DNA from: Candidatus Marinacidobacterales bacterium
GTDB taxonomy: Bacteria; Acidobacteriota; Vicinamibacteria; Marinacidobacterales; DATDRI01
Length of the DNA: 64,000 bases
Assembly (NCBI GenBank): GCA_965226495.1
Contig: OZ245365.1
Location: forward strand, 5,088,001 to 5,152,000
Direction of reading: 5' to 3'
This document shows, piece by piece, positions 58,806 to 64,000 of the stretch. Both the position numbers and the translations under genes were made by a program. How positions within the stretch are numbered: the stretch's first letter is position 1; each line of letters starts with the position of its first letter. The notes under the pieces are model-generated. The model was given only the letters and a program-made list of their open reading frames with translations, was not told the origin of the DNA and searched no databases.

Positions 58806-60232
58806 CCGCCTTCGTATTGGCAGTGACCGTCGTCGCGACGACGAGCTACGCGGATAAAATCCCGCTGCGAACGGCGTTTCACGTTCACACGACGTTCAGC
58901 GACGGCTCCCACAGTCTAGATGAACTCGCATCGCGTGCCAGCCAAGAAGATATCGATGTCATCATCCTATCCGATCACTTCCAAACCCAGATCGAGTATG
59001 GCCCTCCTCTGTTTCGAAAAGCGCTAGGAGTCTCGGCCAACTCAGCCTCCCTCGGACTTCATGACCTGCCTGGTTACGTGGAAGCTGCGGCCGAAGCGGA
59101 ACGGCAAAGTGGCGTCCTCATGATGCCCGGCGTCGAGATAGCTCCTTTTTATTATTGGGAAGGCGACCTGGCCTCACAGGATCTCACGCTCAAATCGGCT
59201 CATCGCCACCTATTGGTTCTCTTTCCGGACCCACCGAACGTCGCCAGCCTTGGAACACTCCTACAGCGAATGAATGCCCCGGGTATCGAAGAGTTCGGCC
59301 TCGGCTCCCTGCTGCTCATCTGGCCTTTGATCCCGGGAGCCTGGGCCCTACATCGACTGCTCCACGGTAAGCGCTCTCTCGTTCTCTGGTTGGTGGCGGC
59401 GGGAAGCGTAGGCGCGCTCGCCCGCTCCTGGCCGTACCGTGTCCCGCGACATAGTCCCTACGCGAGTGATGCGGGGCCTGCTCCTTACCAAGACGCGCTC
59501 GATGAGTCCCGGGAGACGAAGACGTTGACGTTGTGGGCACATCCGGAAGCATCCGCCGACTTCCAGCATTCCCGATACCCGGTGACCTACCACAGCGAGA
59601 AATATCCGGAGCTCATCTATCAAACCCACGGTGCTACAGGATTTGCTGCTTTGTACGAAGGCTACCGGGAAACCGGAGGCATCGGAGGCGCTTGGGACCG
59701 CGCGCTCAACGAGTTCAGCCTCGAACGGCGGGGAGAACCAATCTGGACGGTAGGTGAGCTCGACCTTCACGAAGAAGGCGAATCGGGAGGTAAGATCCTC
59801 GGTCAAGTGGAGACGATCGTCCTCGCCGAGGGAAGATCGCGGCGGGCGGTCATGGATGCACTGGGCGAGGGATCCATGTATGCGGTCCGTCAGCCGGGAG
59901 CGACTCGTCTCACGCTCGAACGCTTTCGCGCCGTTTGTGACCAGGACGCAGTGAACATGGGGCAGAGGGCAACCGTGACGTCTCCTTGTCGGATCGAGGC
60001 CAGACTTCGCGCCCGTGGGGAGACGCTCGGTAAGGTATCCACGACACTCGTCAGGAATGGAGAAGTGGCCGGTGAGCGCACCATTGACATCGGTGAGGAT
60101 GGGATCGAGTTAACCTGGGATGCAGATGTCGCGCCGGGCCGCATCTCCTACTTCAGGCTCATGGCGCGGCGCGGAAACACGCTTTCTTTGTTTTCCAATC
60201 CTATCTTCCTCGTAGCGGGAGGTCGGCCTTGA
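58802..60232 (+). CDS. PHP-domain metallohydrolase with internal TM hairpin
   Basis: HVHT.FSDG, LSDH, PGVE, WAHP, GELDLH; two hydrophobic helices mid-protein. Confidence 0.8.
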   Translation: MTAFVLAVTVVATTSYADKIPLRTAFHVHTTFSDGSHSLDELASRASQEDIDVIILSDHFQTQIEYGPPLFRKALGVSANSASLGLHDLPGYVEAAAEAERQSGVLMMPGVEIAPFYYWEGDLASQDLTLKSAHRHLLVLFPDPPNVASLGTLLQRMNAPGIEEFGLGSLLLIWPLIPGAWALHRLLHGKRSLVLWLVAAGSVGALARSWPYRVPRHSPYASDAGPAPYQDALDESRETKTLTLWAHPEASADFQHSRYPVTYHSEKYPELIYQTHGATGFAALYEGYRETGGIGGAWDRALNEFSLERRGEPIWTVGELDLHEEGESGGKILGQVETIVLAEGRSRRAVMDALGEGSMYAVRQPGATRLTLERFRAVCDQDAVNMGQRATVTSPCRIEARLRARGETLGKVSTTLVRNGEVAGERTIDIGEDGIELTWDADVAPGRISYFRLMARRGNTLSLFSNPIFLVAGGRP

Positions 60233-60915
60233 TTCTCGCTGCCCACCAGCCACAGTTCGCTCCATGGTTGGGTTACTTCGACAAGTTGGACCGTGCCGAT
60301 GTCTTCGTTCTTCTCGACAACGTACAGTTCAAAAAGAACGAATGGCAGAACCGCAACCGGATCAAGGGCTCGGGAGGACCGCAATGGCTTACCGTGCCCG
60401 TCTCGGGCGATTTCGGAAAAAAAATAGCGGAGCTGGATATCGTCTCACCGCAGAACTGGCCGGAACGACATTTGAAGACGCTCCGGGCGTGCTATGGACG
60501 GGCGCCTTATTTCGAGGCGACGTTCTCTCGTTACGGGTCAGTCGCTTGCCGTCCATGGAAGAAGCTGGCAGACTTGAATATACAGCTTTTACACGACCTG
60601 CTCGCTGAGATAGGTCTCGAGAGAAAAATCTTGCTTGCCTCCGAGATCGGCCCACTCTCCGAGGATCGCGACGAACGCCTCATCGACATCTGTCGGACGC
60701 TCGGCGCGGAGACCTACTTGGCGGGAGCGGGCGGTCGCGATTACATGCAACTCGAGCGGTACCGAGCCGCTGGGATCGAAGTGGTGTTTCAAGAGTATCG
60801 ACATCCCTCGTACCCTCAGCTCTTCGGCGAATTCACGCCGAACCTCTCGGTCTTGGACCTGCTCTTCAACTGCGGTCACCGTTCGATGGAGATCATTCGA
60901 GAAGGGAGACAATGA
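60229..60915 (+). CDS. WbqC family protein
   Basis: HQP.F.PW.GYF, QNRNRI, WLTVPV, LS.LDLLFN.G. Confidence 0.92.
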   Translation: MILAAHQPQFAPWLGYFDKLDRADVFVLLDNVQFKKNEWQNRNRIKGSGGPQWLTVPVSGDFGKKIAELDIVSPQNWPERHLKTLRACYGRAPYFEATFSRYGSVACRPWKKLADLNIQLLHDLLAEIGLERKILLASEIGPLSEDRDERLIDICRTLGAETYLAGAGGRDYMQLERYRAAGIEVVFQEYRHPSYPQLFGEFTPNLSVLDLLFNCGHRSMEIIREGRQ

Positions 60916-61541
60916 ACGTCTTAGCTATCGGCGCTCACCCGGACGACATCGAGTTCGGTTGTGCGGGCACACTAATGAAATATGCCGATACCGGGCACAA
61001 CGTCTACGCGATGGTGCTCACCGGTGGAGGAATGGGTGGATCGAAGGGCGTTCGCCAAAAGGAGGCGGAGGCGGCGGCTCTCAAGATGGGCGTCAAAGAG
61101 ATTGTCTGGGGAAGTTACCAAGACACGGAGCTCCCCCTGAGCAAATCTCTAATCGAAGACATAGAGAAAGCCATCGAGTCCGTCCAACCCTCGTTCATTT
61201 TCATTCACCATCAGTACGACACCCATCAAGATCACCGAGTTCTCGCCCAGGCCGCTATTTCGGCAACTCGCTACATCAGAAACGTCCTTTTCTTCGAGGG
61301 TCCCACCTCGGTCGATTTCAGCCCCAACGTCTTTGTAGATGTCACTACCCATATGGACCGAAAAATGGTGGTGCTCGCCGCACACGCCTCGCAGATGGAG
61401 AAGACGAATATTCCCGGCCTAAACATCGTGGACATTGCGCGCGCCGTCGCCGTTTCTCGCGGCATCCAGGCCCGATCCGGTTATGCGGAGGGCTTCGTTT
61501 CGCTTCGACTGTTCATCAACGTGGGGGAGGAGGTCGGCTAG
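60912..61541 (+). CDS. PIG-L family deacetylase
   Basis: GAHPDDIE.G, D.HQDH, H.SQ. Confidence 0.92.
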   Translation: MNVLAIGAHPDDIEFGCAGTLMKYADTGHNVYAMVLTGGGMGGSKGVRQKEAEAAALKMGVKEIVWGSYQDTELPLSKSLIEDIEKAIESVQPSFIFIHHQYDTHQDHRVLAQAAISATRYIRNVLFFEGPTSVDFSPNVFVDVTTHMDRKMVVLAAHASQMEKTNIPGLNIVDIARAVAVSRGIQARSGYAEGFVSLRLFINVGEEVG

Positions 61542-61544
61542 ACC

Positions 61545-62597
61545 GTGAGACGCATTCCCCACTCACGTCCACTCATCGGCACCGCGGAGCACAGAGCGGT
61601 GAGCCGGGTTCTCGCTTCCGGACTTCTTGTCGAAGGGCAGGAAGTGGCCGGCTTCGAGAGGGAGATGGCACGCAAGCTCGGTCGCCGACATGCCGCCGCG
61701 GTCAGTTCGGGGACCGCCGCGCTTCACCTCGCTCTCACCGCGCTCGGGATCGGCTCCGGAGATCGAGTCGCTCTTCCGAGCTACGTCTGTGCTGCTCTGC
61801 TCCACGCCGTCGAGCTGGTCGGTGCCAAACCACTTCTTATCGATATCGACCCTTCCACCTTCAATCTAGATCCGGATGATCTTCGCAAGCGACTCCGCTC
61901 GGGCACAAAGGCGGTGATCGTCCCTCATATGTTCGGCCTGCCCGCGTCGATAACAGAGATCGCCGCCTGCGGGGTACCGATCATCGAAGACTGCGCCCTG
62001 GCGCTCGGCGCCAAGTATCGGCGCAAGCCGGTGGGCAGCCTCGGCGTGCTTTCCGTCGTGTCTTTCTATGCCACGAAGATGATCACCAGCGGCGAGGGAG
62101 GGATGGTTCTGGGTAATCGAGCCGGTTTGTTGCAGGACATCTTAGATCGCCGAGGCTACGATGGCCGGAGCCAGCATCGCCGGCGATTCAACTACAAGAT
62201 GACGGACCTCCAGGCAGCCCTCGGAAAGGCGCAACTACGCAGGCTAACCGACTTTGTTCGCCGACGCCGCCGACTGGCGGCTTTTTACACTAAGAAACTG
62301 CGGGGGGGTCCTTGGGATTTGCCACCGCTCGACCGCGACCATTGCTTCTATCGTTTCGTTGCTCGTCCACGACGTGGGACTGAACGTTTGCTCATCGAAC
62401 TGGAGCGTCGCGGTATCGAGGCGCGGCGGCCTGTCTTTCGTCCACTGCACCGGTACCTCGGCCTCCAAGGCTTTCCCGGTACGGATGAAGCCTATCGACG
62501 GGCCGTTTCGATCCCTCTGTACCCGGCCCTGAGCTCTGTAGAAGCGGAGCGCGTCGCGAAAGTAACGGTGCAGGTGGGCAACCGCCTCTCGCGGTGA
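61545..62597 (+). CDS. DegT/DnrJ/EryC1/StrS aminotransferase
   Basis: SSGTAALHLAL, IEDCA, SFYATKMITSGEGG. Confidence 0.93.
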   Translation: MRRIPHSRPLIGTAEHRAVSRVLASGLLVEGQEVAGFEREMARKLGRRHAAAVSSGTAALHLALTALGIGSGDRVALPSYVCAALLHAVELVGAKPLLIDIDPSTFNLDPDDLRKRLRSGTKAVIVPHMFGLPASITEIAACGVPIIEDCALALGAKYRRKPVGSLGVLSVVSFYATKMITSGEGGMVLGNRAGLLQDILDRRGYDGRSQHRRRFNYKMTDLQAALGKAQLRRLTDFVRRRRRLAAFYTKKLRGGPWDLPPLDRDHCFYRFVARPRRGTERLLIELERRGIEARRPVFRPLHRYLGLQGFPGTDEAYRRAVSIPLYPALSSVEAERVAKVTVQVGNRLSR

Positions 62598-62601
62598 CCG
62601 T

Positions 62602-63738
62602 ATGCGTAAGATCTATCGTTTCGGTGCCGCCGGGTTAGCCGTGTTCGCCGCGTTTGGGCTCGCCTTTCCTTTTCTTGAGGTAACGGAAACACACTTGCTC
62701 GTGCTGTTCGCTCTGGGTATATCTGCCACGCTGACCCCGGTGGCGGCTTGGCTGGCACGCCGGGTTGGCGCCATTGACACGCCGGGCGGCAGAAAGATTC
62801 ACGATCGGCCGACTCCTTTGCTCGGAGGCGGAGCGATTTACGTCGCGTTCTTCGTCGCCGTATCGCTGGGCTCTGGAGTCACGGGAGAGCTACGGGGTGT
62901 GGTTCTTGCCGGCAGCCTCATTTTCGCGATTGGCATCGTCGAGGATACGAGAGGCGCTTCCGCAACCGTGCGGCTACTCTTCCAAACCGCCGCCGTCATT
63001 ACTCTGATTCGCTACGGCGTGGTACTTACATTCCTTCCACCGACATGGTGGGGAGTCGCCGGCGAATGGATTCTCACATTCCTTTGGGTGGTCGGAATCA
63101 CAAACGCCTTCAATTTCCTAGACGGCTTGGATGGACTGGCGGCGGGCTCGGCCACCATCAATGCGTTCTTCCTCGGAGCCTACGCCGAGGCCACCGGCCA
63201 GGGAGGTCTAGCGCTACTTTCCTTTTCTCTAATGGGAGCGGCGGCGGGGTTTCTTCCTTACAACTACAAACCCCACCGGCGAGACACCGGAGGGGAGATC
63301 TTCCTGGGCGACTCCGGATCTACTTTTCTCGGGTTCACACTTGCGTCGCTAGCCATTATGGGCGACTGGGCCGAAGGAAGCCCCAAGGACATGATCGTGC
63401 CGGTGCTGATCATGGCGGTTCCGATCTTCGACATGATTTTGATCACCATTATGAGAGTACGGGAAGGTTTGGTCCGCAATTTCACCGAGTGGATCGTCTA
63501 CACCGGGCGCGATCACTTTCATCATCGGCTGCTGGGTCTGGGCATGCGCAAGAAGGAAGCGGTGGCGGTCATCTACCTCGTCAGCCTGTGTCTCGGTATC
63601 TCCGCGTTTCTCCTCAAGGGATCCAAGACCGCGGATGCCTTCTTGGTCCTAGGGCAAGTCACGATCATCTTCGGCATCATCGGCTACGCGATGGTTGTCA
63701 TGCGAAACAGGCGCGGCGCCGACGACGCGTCAGAGTAG
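62602..63738 (+). CDS. MraY/WecA-family undecaprenyl-phosphate sugar-1-phosphate transferase
   Basis: D.PGGRKIH..PTP.LGG, NAFNFLDGLDGL, IFLGDSGS, H.HHRL. Confidence 0.92.
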   Translation: MRKIYRFGAAGLAVFAAFGLAFPFLEVTETHLLVLFALGISATLTPVAAWLARRVGAIDTPGGRKIHDRPTPLLGGGAIYVAFFVAVSLGSGVTGELRGVVLAGSLIFAIGIVEDTRGASATVRLLFQTAAVITLIRYGVVLTFLPPTWWGVAGEWILTFLWVVGITNAFNFLDGLDGLAAGSATINAFFLGAYAEATGQGGLALLSFSLMGAAAGFLPYNYKPHRRDTGGEIFLGDSGSTFLGFTLASLAIMGDWAEGSPKDMIVPVLIMAVPIFDMILITIMRVREGLVRNFTEWIVYTGRDHFHHRLLGLGMRKKEAVAVIYLVSLCLGISAFLLKGSKTADAFLVLGQVTIIFGIIGYAMVVMRNRRGADDASE

Positions 63739-63816
63739 CCCTCCTACCTCGGGGTGCCGTCCCTGACAAGCTCCGGTTGGGGCAACTACCTACCTCGGGC
63801 GCCCTTCGGTTTTCTG

Positions 63817-64000
63817 CTAGTTTCCGTTGCTGGAAACCGCGTAATAGAGGTCCAAGGCAGCGTTACTACGCTTTCCGACGGCGTTCAAATCCACGAGCTT
63901 GTCCAGCACGCGGCGAACCTCGACCGGATCGTCTTGCACCCACCACTTGGCGATCCCCTCGACCGTGTCCTTCGCCTGGGGGTAACGTCGGAAGTAGTCG
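63817..64000 (-). CDS. Small winged-helix-like hypothetical protein, 5'-truncated by the window edge (absent from the ORF track)
   Basis: Manual translation ...DYFRRYPQAKDTVEGIAKWWVQDDPVEVRRVLDKLVDLNAVGKRSNAALDLYYAVSSNGN*. Confidence 0.7.
   Translation of the reverse strand, partial: DYFRRYPQAKDTVEGIAKWWVQDDPVEVRRVLDKLVDLNAVGKRSNAALDLYYAVSSNGN

Noticed and set aside
60635-61879. 414-aa alternative-frame ORF across the WbqC, PIG-L and DegT genes
   Set aside because: Arg/Ser-rich off-frame ORF overlapping three well-supported genes
1-64000. tRNA (including selC), rRNA, CRISPR arrays, IS elements, prophage
   Set aside because: All intergenic gaps are short (about 200 bp or less) and none showed a cloverleaf or regularly spaced repeats; no transposase or integrase motifs were seen. 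This was checked by eye only.

Overview
A gene-dense, GC-rich (visually about 60%) chromosomal window from a diderm bacterium. The tilS-hpt-ftsH-folP-cdaA-cdaR-glmM-pdxJ-lepB order, yggS-divIVA-yggU and lptD together suggest Acidobacteria or a similar lineage (inference). About 60 CDS are present. I saw no tRNA, rRNA, CRISPR array, transposase or prophage. Positions 1-26 kb are housekeeping genes plus nucleotide-sugar genes coupled to lptD. Positions 26-33 kb form a mixed accessory block. Positions 33.7-42.5 kb and 47.2-63.7 kb are two surface-polysaccharide clusters separated by polA. The strongest hidden signal is a radical SAM gene whose apparent TGA stop (27279) reads W-F-C-U-S-E-P-T and is followed by a SECIS-like hairpin, so it is probably a selenoprotein. 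It lies next to an Nfu Fe-S carrier, a degenerate PRTase-like protein, an ATP-grasp ligase and a cupin. Other notable items are an unannotated 56-aa 8-Cys microprotein, a PdxJ lacking catalytic residues, a PTPS-III-type QueD paralog, an Ogt with a beta-clamp motif, a WbdD-like methyltransferase-kinase fusion, and an EPS operon headed by an atypical REC-HD-GYP protein that also contains a FleN-like ATPase. All family assignments come from recognising motifs by eye; no searches were run.
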